34,946 bases of DNA from Chiloscyllium plagiosum (taxonomy: Eukaryota), in the NCBI RefSeq assembly GCF_004010195.1, contig NW_025213650.1:1-34946 (forward strand), read 5' to 3'. Positions within the stretch are counted from its first letter, which is position 1; every line of letters begins with the position of its first letter. The notes under the pieces were generated by a model. It saw nothing but the letters and a program-made list of their open reading frames with translations. It did not search any database and was not told the origin of the DNA. Shown in pieces: positions 1 to 10,300 of the stretch. A program made the position numbers and the translations under genes.

Positions 1-567
1 GCTGAATTAAAGTCGGAGCAAATTTGAATGCAACATTAATCGTTCCAATGAGATAAATCTAATTCACGTCCGATTATAACAATGAACATTGTGAGGTTGC
101 AGTAAAAATAATAAAATGAAACGAACAAAACAGCGTTTTTTCCGATTTAATCCAATTCAGGTTCGGCCATATGAGAAAGGCCATTGAGCCACAACATCGC
201 CTTAATTTCCCACTGCATGGTTACTTCTTCACGTGAGAGCGAAAGTGACTGAAGAAATGATGAGTCAAACGGAAGTGTGAATATAATGGGAAATTCCTGT
301 CCTCTGTTTCATTCTGACACAGTTCTGACTCAGAATGAATCAATGACAGCTATTCAATCTGACGAGCATGGCTATTTATTGGATTTTGCTGTTATTATAA
401 TTCTGGTGAAAGCAGAAACACAATGGTGTGGATTCCATTCCGCTCTGGAAATTTCTTATCCATGACTTTCACCGCATGTAAGCGTGATGAGGTCACATGT
501 CACCCCTCTCCAAAATATGCAGAAGAGACAGAGAAATTATGGTGGTGGGTTATTATACCGCTGTGCT

Positions 568-598
568 CCGCATTCACGGGTTCGAGTCACACTCTGGT
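568..598 (+). pseudogene. Possible highly decayed tRNA 3' remnant (B-box; resembles the tRNA-Leu(TAA) 3' end)
   Basis: GGGTTCGAGTCACACTCTGGT resembles GGGTTCGAACCCCACTCCTGGT. No recognisable D-arm or anticodon arm. Confidence 0.25.
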
Positions 599-1299
599 TG
601 CTAACTTCACAAACCACTACTGCATTTTACTTTGCACCTCACACCTCTGGTATACACTGGATCGAGAATCTTGTTGCCCTTATCTGCACGGGAGATTCAT
701 GAATAATCGACACCAACTGAACTTCGAAATGAAGAATGAGAGCAGTCATTCTATTCAACTGTACATTAAATTGGTGTAATGAGAAAGAACGCATTTTTCT
801 TTCCGCCCCTCATTCCATCTTGTCTTTCTATGAATTTACAGCGAAAGAAAGAGAAACAAATGAAAAGAGATCGGGAGCACAAGTTTATCCAGTGGGGTTG
901 TACGTGACAATTTTAACCTAACACTTCACACAATGATCTGATCAGTATTTCAAACAGTCACTTGGAATTGGAACCGCAGAAAACCTTTCCAATGATACGA
1001 ACCTTTCATTCTTTCACAAATGTCTGCTGTGTGTGAGTCATACAACGATCCAACATCCATCGTGATCACTGACTTGCCAACTATATAAGGTCTATCAACT
1101 TTCTTCAGCAATCACAGCCACCTCTGCTATGCCCAGTGTCATTTGTTGTCCGGAGGTAACAACACATTTCTTCTTCCTGAGTTTTTGAGCCTTGTTCCTG
1201 ATCTGTCTGATCTGTTTGATAATCCTTTTCTAGCACTTCGTCCTATCCCCACACAATTCTGAACTTATGAATAAAATACGGTGTGAGACAAAATGTTAA

Positions 1300-1470
1300 A
1301 CAAAGTGGAATTATGCCGTTCAGCCCATGGAGTCTGCCACACCATTCAACGAACTCATGGTTGATCTGATAATCTTCAACTCCTTTCTGCTCACTGACCT
1401 TGACAAAGTTTCATCATCTTCCTGATTAACTATCTGGTACAGTTTGAAAATACACAACAACTCAACCTCA
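1300..1470 (-). mobile_element. CR1/L2-type LINE 3' end fragment (within duplicated module)
   Basis: CAGCCCATGGAGTCTGCCACACCATTCAA...ATGGTTGATCTGATAATC is the reverse complement of a shark CR1-like 3' tail; a longer paralog lies at 26010-26350. Confidence 0.6.
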
Positions 1471-1481
1471 ACAGTGGGTGC

Positions 1482-1527
1482 CACTGGAACCTGGATCCAG
1501 CGCCATAAACCGCTCGGCCACACCACC
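1482..1527 (-). pseudogene. Truncated tRNA-Leu 5' half (TAG/AAG-type body, CAG in anticodon loop)
   Basis: Minus strand GGTGGTGTGGCCGAGCGGTTTATGGCGCTGGATCCAGGTTCCAGT matches vertebrate tRNA-Leu GGTAGTGTGGCCGAGCGGTCTAAGGCGCTGGATTTAGGCTCCAGT. T-arm and 3' acceptor strand are missing. Confidence 0.8.
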
Positions 1528-2115
1528 AGCAGGCCACCCTGCCCTCTTCCTTGCATTTCCAATTGTGCTCCTGCATAACAACAGATGCAAAGTCACATTG
1601 CAAGTGTTCCATGATCCCTCTCCGACTCGCGCAGCTGCTGGGATGTGCCCAGCTACAATATCAATTTCGCAGCAGATAATGGTAGCCCATCAATCCAGAC
1701 AAAAATCAATGGTAAGCCGCGTCTATCATCTCAAACTCTTTTCAGCTACAAATGTATCTGTGAGTGCATAAGAATATATGTTCGGTTATGATTTGGTAAG
1801 ATAACCATGAGATGCATGACATTACTGCAATTTCGATTCTTGCTTTGCTAAATGATTTCACCTATTGCTCGAAACAGAACAACTTTCACGTTTACGCGGA
1901 ACACGAAATACACCGGACTACAGGGAAAATGCACAAAGCTGAGCAGGCCGTGTTCCACATCATACAGTGCAATATAGTTTAAATCACTGCGTCTGTTTTG
2001 CGGAATAAACGTCCCAAAGAATGCTCTCCAATCCTAAAAGCGGAGGTAGCATTACAATCCGAGAACGACAGATCATATTGTGAGGATGCTCTGACCTCGG
2101 GGCCAGTTCGAGATG

Positions 2116-2195
2116 AAAATGTGTTGCTGGAAAAGCGCAGCAGGTCAGGCAGCATCAAGGAACAGGAGAATCTACGTTTCGGGCATAAGTCCTTC
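2116..2195 (-). mobile_element. 80-bp Penelope-like element terminal fragment with 16-bp target-site duplication
   Basis: AAAATGTGTTGCTGGAAAAGCGCAGCAGGTCAGGCAGCATC...TTTCGGGCATAAGTCCTTC is flanked by GGGCCAGTTCGAGATG (2100-2115) and GGGCCAGATCGAGATG (2196-2211). The paralog has an empty site at ~5687-5702. Confidence 0.85.
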
Positions 2196-3314
2196 GGGCC
2201 AGATCGAGATGCCAATTTCCTTGCCTTTTACCTTAACCGTGCAATTTGATTCAGAGATGGTCAGACCTGGACATGAGCCACATGGATACCAACTGAGTTG
2301 GAAACCTGTGTGGGTATCGACGAGAAGCGACTCAATAAACTTTGCTAAATTCCATGCTGCTTAGTAGAAATGCAGTTTCTGTTCACGTCAGTCTAAAAGG
2401 CAGTCTCTGAACATAATAACAGAAGTCAAAAGGTAATTACCTCAAAGTTTGGGACTAATTACCCCACCCCACCCCCACTCCAGAAGATGTCAAAGATGTG
2501 CTAACCCCACTTGAGTGCTTTTTGTTCTCATATGAAGAGCTCTCACGCCTGAGTCACCTTCACGTCTCTTGTTGCTGAGTGAATCACAAAGAAGGAATTT
2601 CACCAGAACTGCAGCTACCTCACTTCCCCACTCGCCCTCCCCGTTTACATTTTTCTGCTCATCAGTGATTTAAAGAAAACTGAATTGATGCGATGTCATT
2701 CTGTAGCCTCTGTCGTTTCCTCAGTTTCAGTTCCAACATGGCTCAGATCTCGGGCGCACCTTAATACTAGTGACCCTATGAAAGCACAAATCCAGAGGTT
2801 CCTCTGAGAGTGTAAAATCATTCATTGCTGTTGCTGATTGAATGAACCTCTAACGTGCGAATTGCTCCAAAACATGATTCAGGACCTCTGGTGCAAATTC
2901 TCGCACGTTGAATAACGACAGACAGCTTCCAAATAAGGCCATTCGGAGGCGATTCTGTGGTACGTTTGACAGACAGACCAGTTCAGGAATCCGTGGTGCG
3001 CTGTGACACCAGCGCATCAGCTTCTTCCCTCTCTTTGAAACGGGCCGCCTGCGCAAGGAATGCAAATGCGGTACTGCTTCTCATGGAAGGATCAGAAGGC
3101 GGTAACTACACTCTCAAACAGAATGGCATATGATCAGAACCATGTTGGAGTAAAACTTTACAATGCTTTTCACAGTAATTAAATGGAAGTGCATTACATT
3201 TCACTACGAGAGCAGATTTGTTCAAGCAAATTCGAAGGCAGGTTTGCAGATGGGAAAGCAAGCAAGAAAGCTCCGTTCTTGTCCATGTAAAAGGCTGCAG
3301 TTGAAGAACAAAGC

Positions 3315-3386
3315 AGTTTGTGCTCAGTTCCGAACTGAGGACTTTTCGCGCGTAGGTGATTGCGAAAACCACTACACTACAGAAAC
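3315..3386 (-). pseudogene. tRNA-Val pseudogene
   Basis: Minus strand GTTTCTGTAGTGTAGTGGTTTTCGCAATCACCTACGCGCGAAAAGTCCTCAGTTCGGAACTGAGCACAAACT has the vertebrate tRNA-Val 5' end; anticodon arm is disrupted. Confidence 0.85.
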
Positions 3387-3674
3387 AAGTCTCAGCCGGC
3401 GCTCTTGTGGCTCAGTGGTGTCCAGCACTGAAATTTGAAGCCGTTCTCCCTTTCACCTTTCTGTTTCCAATAGTTCGTTGTTGTCCAGCGTAATGACATC
3501 TTGAAAAATTAAAAAAAAGACACGTGAAGTTGATGACAAAATATAGACAAGGATGTCGTCAATGTTTGGACCGTAGGGTGAGGAGGAATAGCTTGCGACA
3601 ACATTCCCTGCAGTGTAACGGCTGTGACATGATCTTATGGAAGGGGTTGTAAGCTGAGCATTTCTGTCTTTGGC

Positions 3675-3985
3675 CCAAGCTGGGGCGAGTTGAAAACTCG
3701 AGAACATAGGTTTAAGGTGAGTGGGCTGAAATTGACAAAGGATCTGAGGCACATTTCCCAGTAGGTTGTGCGTGTATGGAATGAGCTACCAGAGGAAGTG
3801 GAGGAGGCTATTACACACAGAAAATTGCAAAGGTAACCGGATGAGTTTCTGGGTAGGAAGGGTTTCGAGGGATTGGGATCAAATGTTGGGAAATGGGACT
3901 TGTTTAATTTTGGCTATGTGGTCAGCATGGACGAGATACACAGAAAACTCCGTTTTCACGCTGTGTATCCCAATAACGATGTATT
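3675..3985 (+). mobile_element. CR1/L2-type LINE 3' end fragment
   Basis: CATAGGTTTAAGGTGAG...GTGCGTGTATGGAATGAGCTACCAGAGGAAGTGG, encoding the CR1 C-terminal HRFKV...VWNELPEEV-like stretch, followed by a 3' UTR. Confidence 0.8.
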
Positions 3986-4032
3986 ACTTACGCCAGTTTT
4001 AAAGGATTACTTTTAGAGGAGTTTGCCATCGC

Positions 4033-4105
4033 ACTCTGTGGCACGGTCATTTCATCTGTCGGACTTCACACGGGAAAGGTAGTATTGTGAAACACTGCAG
4101 AAACG
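4033..4105 (+). pseudogene. Possible very decayed tRNA-Val(CAC) remnant
   Basis: CTTCACACGGGAAAGGT...GAAACACTGCAGAAAC resembles CCTCACACGCGAAAGGT...GAAACCGGGCAGAAAC; the 5' half is poor. Confidence 0.35.
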
Positions 4106-4868
4106 AACGACTTTCTTACTTTTGCTCCGACTGACCATACTCCGTGAAATATTCCAAGATGAGAATTTTGCTACTGCAAGTTACCTCAGAAACCCTGTTA
4201 ATTCGTAATGTGTTGAGGGAATCGCAAAACAGAAGCCATTTAACACGGAACACAAACTAAACTGGCAAACCAAATGCATTTTCAGACACAGCGAAGCATG
4301 AATGCTGAATGTGAGACAGTCCAAGGGCATGAGCCATAAACCAATCTCACAACTAACAGCAGGGCAATTCAAAACTACTCTTTCAAACATACTGGAGCCT
4401 TAGTGTACCACCACTTCCCAGAAAGTGCTGAAAAGAGAGAAAGAAAGAACATAATAAGAATGGGCCATAAAGAGTGAATTTCACCAATCACAGTCTCGAT
4501 TAGATTACCTTTCCTTTCCAATGTCTCCAGGACGGAAATGAAGGAAATGGGAGAAATTCAAGAACATATGACATCGAAATTCATTGGAATTATTTTCCCA
4601 TTCGCCAGAACACCAAATAAAGACGAGTAGAGTCACCGCAGGACATTGTTTCACAACAGCGATGAAATAACAGCCTCCATTCGGTTCCAGTAACAACTCA
4701 ACTTCCGATTTTCTGCGCGGGAGGCGAACAACAACATGACAGGACAGACACTTTGAGAAATTCGGCATTTTCCAACACCACAGTTAAATCCCTGGGGAGC
4801 AAACCCATTTTTCCTTTTGTTTTGTACATCAGTGATCAACGCAGCATTTGAGAGTTGGTCAGCAGAAA

Positions 4869-4950
4869 TGGCGGTGGTGGGATTCGAACCCACGCCCTTG
4901 TCGAAGCGGGGACCTGAATCCAGCGCCTTACACTGCTCGGCCAGCCTGCC
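4869..4950 (-). pseudogene. Full-length tRNA-Leu(CAG) pseudogene
   Basis: 82-nt minus strand GGCAGGCTGGCCGAGCAGTGTAAGGCGCTGGATTCAGGTCCCCGCTTCGACAAGGGCGTGGGTTCGAATCCCACCACCGCCA. T-arm/B-box perfect; 3 acceptor-stem and 2 anticodon-stem mismatches. Confidence 0.85.
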
Positions 4951-5186
4951 CATTTTCTTGCATTTTCAATTGTGCTCCTGCATAACAATAGCTGCAAAGT
5001 CACATGAAAAGAGTTCCATCATCCCTCTCCGACTAGCACAGCTGCTGGGATGTGCCCAGCTACAATATCAATTTCGCAGCAGATAATGATAGCCCATCAA
5101 TCCAGACAAAAATCAATGGTAAGCCGCGTCTATCATCTCAGACTCTTTTCAGCTACTAATGTATCTGTGAGTGCGTGAGAATATAT

Positions 5187-5368
5187 TCCGGATGAGTGGT
5201 GCTGGAAGAGCACAGCAGCTCAGGCAGCGTCCGAGGAACAGTAAAATCGACGTTTTGGGAAAAAGCCCTTCATCAGGAATAAAGGCAGAGAGCCTGAAGC
5301 GTGGAGAGATAAGCTAGAGGAGGGTGGGGGTGGGGAGAAAGTAGCATAGAGTCAGTGGGAGAATACCT
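5187..5368 (-). mobile_element. 182-bp Penelope-like element fragment (pLTR region with hammerhead core) with 15-bp TSD
   Basis: Flanked by perfect TGCGTGAGAATATAT at 5172-5186 and 5369-5383; empty site at ~1765-1780. Contains GTGGTGCTGGAAGAGCACAGCAG...AAGCCCTTCATCAGGAATAAAGG. Confidence 0.85.
5244..5280 (-). ncRNA. Minimal type I hammerhead ribozyme motif (probably inactive)
   Basis: Minus strand ATTC-CTGATGA-AGGGCTTTTTCCC-AAAA-C-GTC-GATT: CUGAUGA core, stem II and GUC cleavage triplet present, but GAAA is mutated to AAAA. Confidence 0.65.
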
Positions 5369-6762
5369 TGCGTGAGAATATATGTTCGGTTATGATTTGG
5401 TAAAATAACCATGAGCTGCATGACATTAATGCAATTTCGATTCTTGCTTTGCGAAATGATTTCACCCATTGCTTTCACTTTACACGGAAAACGAAACACA
5501 ACGAACTATAGGGAAAATGCACAATGCTGAGCAGGCCGTGTTCCACATCATACAGTGCAGCATACTTTCAATCACTGCGTCTGTTTTGCAGAATAAGCGT
5601 CCCAAAGAATGCTCTCCAATCCTAAAAAATAGGTAGCATTACAATCCGAGAACGACAGATCACATTGTGATGATGCTCTGACCTCGGGGCCAGTTCGAGA
5701 TGCCACTTTCTTTGCCTTTTAGCTTAACCATGCAATTTGTGGCAGAGATGTTCACACCTGGTCATGAGCCACATGGATACCAACTGAGTTGGAAACCTGT
5801 GTGGGTATCGACGAGAAGCGACTCAAGAACTTTTGCTAAATTCCATGCTACTTAGTAGAAATGCAGTTTCGTACACGTCAGTCTAAAAGGCAGTCTCTGA
5901 ACACAGTAACAGAAGTCAAAAGATAATTACCCCACCCCACCAACCCCTAGTCCGGAAGATGTCAAAGATGTGCTAAGCCCACTTGAGTGCTTTTTGTTCT
6001 CATATGAAGAGCTCTCACGCCTGAGTCACCTTCACGTCTCTTGTTGCTGAGTGAATCACAAAGAAGCGGTTTCACCAAAGCTGCAGCTGCCTCACTTCCC
6101 CACTCGCCCTCCCCGTTTACATTTTTCTGCTCATCAGTGATTTAAAGAAAACTGAATGGATGCGATGTCATTCTGTCGCCTCTGTCGTTTCCTCAGTTTC
6201 AGTTCCAACATGGCTCAGATCTCGGGCGCACCTTAATACTAGTGATGCTATGAAAGCACAAATCCAGAGGTTCCTCTGAGAGTGTAAAATCATTCATTGC
6301 TGTTGCTGATTGAATGAGCCACTAACGTGTGAACTGCTCCAAAACATTCTCGCACATTGAATAACGACAGACAGCATCCAAATGACGCCTTTTGGAGACG
6401 ACTTTGGGATACATATGACAGACAGACAAGTTCAGGAATCCGTGGTGCACTGTGACACCAGCGCATCAGCTTTTTTCCTTGGCTTTGAACTGGGCCGCCT
6501 GCGTAAGGAATGCAAATGCGTTGCTGCTTTCATGGAAGGATCAGAAGGCGTTAACTCCACTCTTAACCAGAAAGGCGTATGTTCAGAACCAGGTTGGAGA
6601 AAACCTTAACAACGTTTCTCCCAGTAATTAAATGGAATTGCATTACTTTTCACCCCGAGAGCAGATTTGCGTGAGCAAACTCAAAGCCAGTTTTGCGAAT
6701 GGGAAAGCAAGCAAGAAAGCTCCTTTCTCGCTCGTCTAAAAGGCTCCTGACGGGAACAGGGC

Positions 6763-6836
6763 TGTTTCTGACCAGTTTCATACCAGGGAACCTTTCCCGT
6801 GTAAGGTGAACGTGATAACCATGACACTTTAGAAAC
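6763..6836 (-). pseudogene. tRNA-Val(TAC) pseudogene
   Basis: Minus strand GTTTCTAAAGTGTCATGGTTATCACGTTCACCTTACACGGGAAAGGTTCCCTGGTATGAAACTGGTCAGAAACA; anticodon loop CT-TAC-AC; A and B boxes mutated. Confidence 0.85.
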
Positions 6837-7084
6837 AATTCGCGCCGGGAGCTGTTGCTGCTCAACAGTGCCCAGTACTGACATTTGCAGCCATTCTACG
6901 CTTCATCTTTCCGTTTCCAATAGTTCCTTGTTGTCCACCGTAATTGGCATAATCGAGAAGGTAAGAAAATCGTGTGAAATTGCTTGCAAAATATATAGAA
7001 GGATGTTGTCAGGGTTAAAATATTTGGACTGTAGGGCGAGGCAGTATGGAAAGTTTGAAAACTGAGTGTTTAAGTTTTTTACCT

Positions 7085-7305
7085 AAGGTGGGGCGAGTTG
7101 AAAATTAGAAAGCATAGGTTTAAGGTGAGAGGGCTAAAATTTAAAAAGAGACCTGAGACGCATTTCCCACACAGAAGGTTGTACGTATATAGAATAAGCT
7201 ACCAGAGGACGTGAGAACACTCAGAATATTTCAAAGGCAACCGGATGGGTTTCTGGTTAGGAAGGGTTTAGGGGGACAGGGGGCAAAAGTAGACACACAG
7301 GACTT
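7085..7305 (+). mobile_element. CR1/L2-type LINE 3' fragment (paralog of 3675-3985), truncated
   Basis: AGCATAGGTTTAAGGTGAGAGGG...AAGCTACCAGAGGA. Confidence 0.75.
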
Positions 7306-10300
7306 GAACAATTGTTAAATATTAGATATAAGCAACAATTATTCTTATAAAAAGTTCATAGCAAACTAGAAAATGATTAGAAATCTCATATTGCTATCCA
7401 TAATGTGTGGAAATGAGCAGTAGTTATTGGAATGCAAAAGATTCAGCAGTATCTTACTTTATAACGCTGAAGATAAATCCAATGATTATTGTGAACATTC
7501 AAATGAGAAACAATCAGATATTTGCTGTGAGTGCCTGATGGGAAATGTTTGGTTGGTTTGTGGGTGTGTTGACCTGAAATAAAATATACATCTTTCATTG
7601 TAATACTAACACTAAGAAATAATGGAGTAAACTATTATGTGAATCTCACGATGCTTGTTACAAAACGTAAACTGAATTACTGTATGACTGTTGGAATGAC
7701 AATGAATTGACAATTAATTTTAGAATTCTGACAAAGTAAATGNNNNNNNNNNNNNNNNNNNNNNNNNNNNNNNNNNNNNNNNNNNNNNNNNNNNNNNNNN
7801 NNNNNNNNNNNNNNNNNNNNNNNNNNNNNNNNNNNNNNNNNNNNNNNNNNNNNNNNNNNNNNNNNNNNNNNNNNNNNNNNNNNNNNNNNNNNNNNNNNNN
7901 NNNNNNNNNNNNNNNNNNNNNNNNNNNNNNNNNNNNNNNNNNNNNNNNNNNNNNNNNNNNNNNNNNNNNNNNNNNNNNNNNNNNNNNNNNNNNNNNNNNN
8001 NNNNNNNNNNNNNNNNNNNNNNNNNNNNNNNNNNNNNNNNNNNNNNNNNNNNNNNNNNNNNNNNNNNNNNNNNNNNNNNNNNNNNNNNNNNNNNNNNNNN
8101 NNNNNNNNNNNNNNNNNNNNNNNNNNNNNNNNNNNNNNNNNNNNNNNNNNNNNNNNNNNNNNNNNNNNNNNNNNNNNNNNNNNNNNNNNNNNNNNNNNNN
8201 NNNNNNNNNNNNNNNNNNNNNNNNNNNNNNNNNNNNNNNNNNNNNNNNNNNNNNNNNNNNNNNNNNNNNNNNNNNNNNNNNNNNNNNNNNNNNNNNNNNN
8301 NNNNNNNNNNNNNNNNNNNNNNNNNNNNNNNNNNNNNNNNNNNNNNNNNNNNNNNNNNNNNNNNNNNNNNNNNNNNNNNNNNNNNNNNNNNNNNNNNNNN
8401 NNNNNNNNNNNNNNNNNNNNNNNNNNNNNNNNNNNNNNNNNNNNNNNNNNNNNNNNNNNNNNNNNNNNNNNNNNNNNNNNNNNNNNNNNNNNNNNNNNNN
8501 NNNNNNNNNNNNNNNNNNNNNNNNNNNNNNNNNNNNNNNNNNNNNNNNNNNNNNNNNNNNNNNNNNNNNNNNNNNNNNNNNNNNNNNNNNNNNNNNNNNN
8601 NNNNNNNNNNNNNNNNNNNNNNNNNNNNNNNNNNNNNNNNNNNNNNNNNNNNNNNNNCCCTAGGAAAGATGTAACATGTAAACAATGAAAAGGTTTTTCT
8701 TGCTTATATTTCTGTGGGGCAATAGCATTATTTTAATATCATTTCGCTATAATGTTGGTTCGATATTCATTAAAACTGGTAAACTGTGGATTTAAATATA
8801 GTAGCTGGCTTTAAGGATAGGTGAAAGAATAAGAGCCATTCACCGAATGTTGAACAGATTTTATTTTGCTCAAAAATGCAGGTAATAAATGAAAATATAT
8901 ATTTATATCTATGTACTGGTTTTCTTGTAGATCAATGTTATTTTAAATTATGTAATTATTGTTATCAATGTTGATATATTTGTGTCAGAATTAGGAAGAA
9001 AATATCCATACAGTCAAAGTGAACATTACACTGAACAAAAGCTACATTGAGTGACATTTGACTGAAAAAGGAATTTTCATAAATACGTCATCAATGTAAG
9101 TTGATATATAAAGTTTAAATAAGAAAGACAAGACTGGAACAAGTTCAAAGCAGTTTTCTTCTCATGAAACGAAAATAATACAGTTTGCAGCACGCATGAA
9201 TTGAAAAAGCAGTCTTTAATGTGACATATAAGCTGAAGACCACTTCCCATTTTCCAGAAATGCAGGACTACCAAAAATTCAAAATTTAGTGTTGTTGAAT
9301 AATACAATAAAACATGTGCAACATGAGCTTTCTCTTGCACACAGGAAAGAACAAGAAAATGTAAAAGATTTAGTTCTTAATATTACAGTCAATATTCATT
9401 CAAAAGTGTAATTGTTGGTTTAAGCAGCAGACATTTTGTTTAACTACTTAGCTGAAATGTAAGATATAGATTGCATTTATTGGATGGACTGAGGCCAAAG
9501 GTTTACCGTGGGAATTGCTCTCAAAAACAATAAAATACTTAGGTTACTCTACTGAACAGTGATTAGATGCTCATGAAGATCTGTGTTCCCCCATGTGCTG
9601 TGTTTTGTGTGAGCACTGATTTCAATAATGCAGATTGAATAATTAGGTGTCAAAGATCTTATTTAAAAATAATGAAGTTTCGATGCTAGCATTGCTTTGG
9701 AAACACACTTAAACCATCATGCAATAAATGAGAGTTATGCAAAGTCAAAACATTTCAATCTGACATTCAGTGTACATCGGTGAGTGAAAAATTTAAAAAA
9801 ACCAGACAATTCATAATCTATACAATAATTTAAAAATCAGTTCGAGCAAAGAATATAAAGACATTAGAAAAATTACAACATTTAGTTACAAATGCAGGAA
9901 ATCAGCTGATTGATGAATAATAGGAAGTGGCATTTGTTTAATTTATTGAAGAAGAAATTGATTTTCATTTAATTGAGAATAAGCTTTTATATGTTTATTT
10001 GTTTGAATGAAGCTCTTTGCAAAATGAATTGATGAATATCATTACTTTATCATTTAATGAAATGAAAATTAAATTACTTTTGCCAAACACTTGCATTGAA
10101 ATGAAATAATGAATTCATCATTCAATGTGCATATTCTGCTCAAGAGATCTTTTATTCTTTCCGAAAATGTACACTTTCCAAGAAATCAATATTAACTGTA
10201 CCTATTTAATGACAGAAAAGAGATGTAAGTTTCTTTCTGTACTCAGAACATTCACATGAATTTAAATAATTTCGTCAAATCAAAAATAGTTAACTTTCAC

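Larger units (their letters stand above)
1..1470 (+). repeat. Segmental duplication module, copy A (direct copy at ~25095-26190, inverted copy at ~16626-17010)
   Basis: GCTGAATTAAAGTCGGAGCAAATTTGAATGCAAC (1) aligns with GCTCAAATGAATTCGGAGCAAAATTGAATGCAAC (~25097). TCTGATCAGTATTTCAAACAGTCA is shared at ~938 and ~25643, and CAGTTTGAAAATACACAAC at ~1440 and ~26160. Confidence 0.9.
1528..3905 (+). repeat. Direct segmental duplication, copy 1 (tRNA-Leu to tRNA-Val unit)
   Basis: Colinear with 4935-7305, e.g. CAGCTGCTGGGATGTGCCCAGCTACAATATCAATTTCGCAGCAGATAATG at ~1632 and ~5039. Confidence 0.95.
4935..7305 (+). repeat. Direct segmental duplication, copy 2
   Basis: Colinear with 1528-3905, including the tRNA-Val relic and the CR1 fragment. 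Confidence 0.95.

Noticed and set aside
225..255. CACGTGAGAGCGAAAGTGAC resembling a tRNA anticodon-arm reverse complement
   Set aside because: The match is too short and the flanks do not fit a tRNA.
2250..2310. CCAACTGAG (reverse complement of a D-arm-like CTCAGTTGG), also at ~5780
   Set aside because: No T-arm or acceptor stem can be built; too short to call a tRNA.
4869..4950. Possible tRNA-Sec or UCA suppressor (loop contains TTCA)
   Set aside because: The loop register is TT-CAG-GT, giving anticodon CAG; body and length are Leu-type.
7720..8685. Long ORFs spanning N-gaps (also ~20680-21375, 22377-22934, 25267-25592, 27196-28018, 30350-31067)
   Set aside because: Artefacts of translating N runs.
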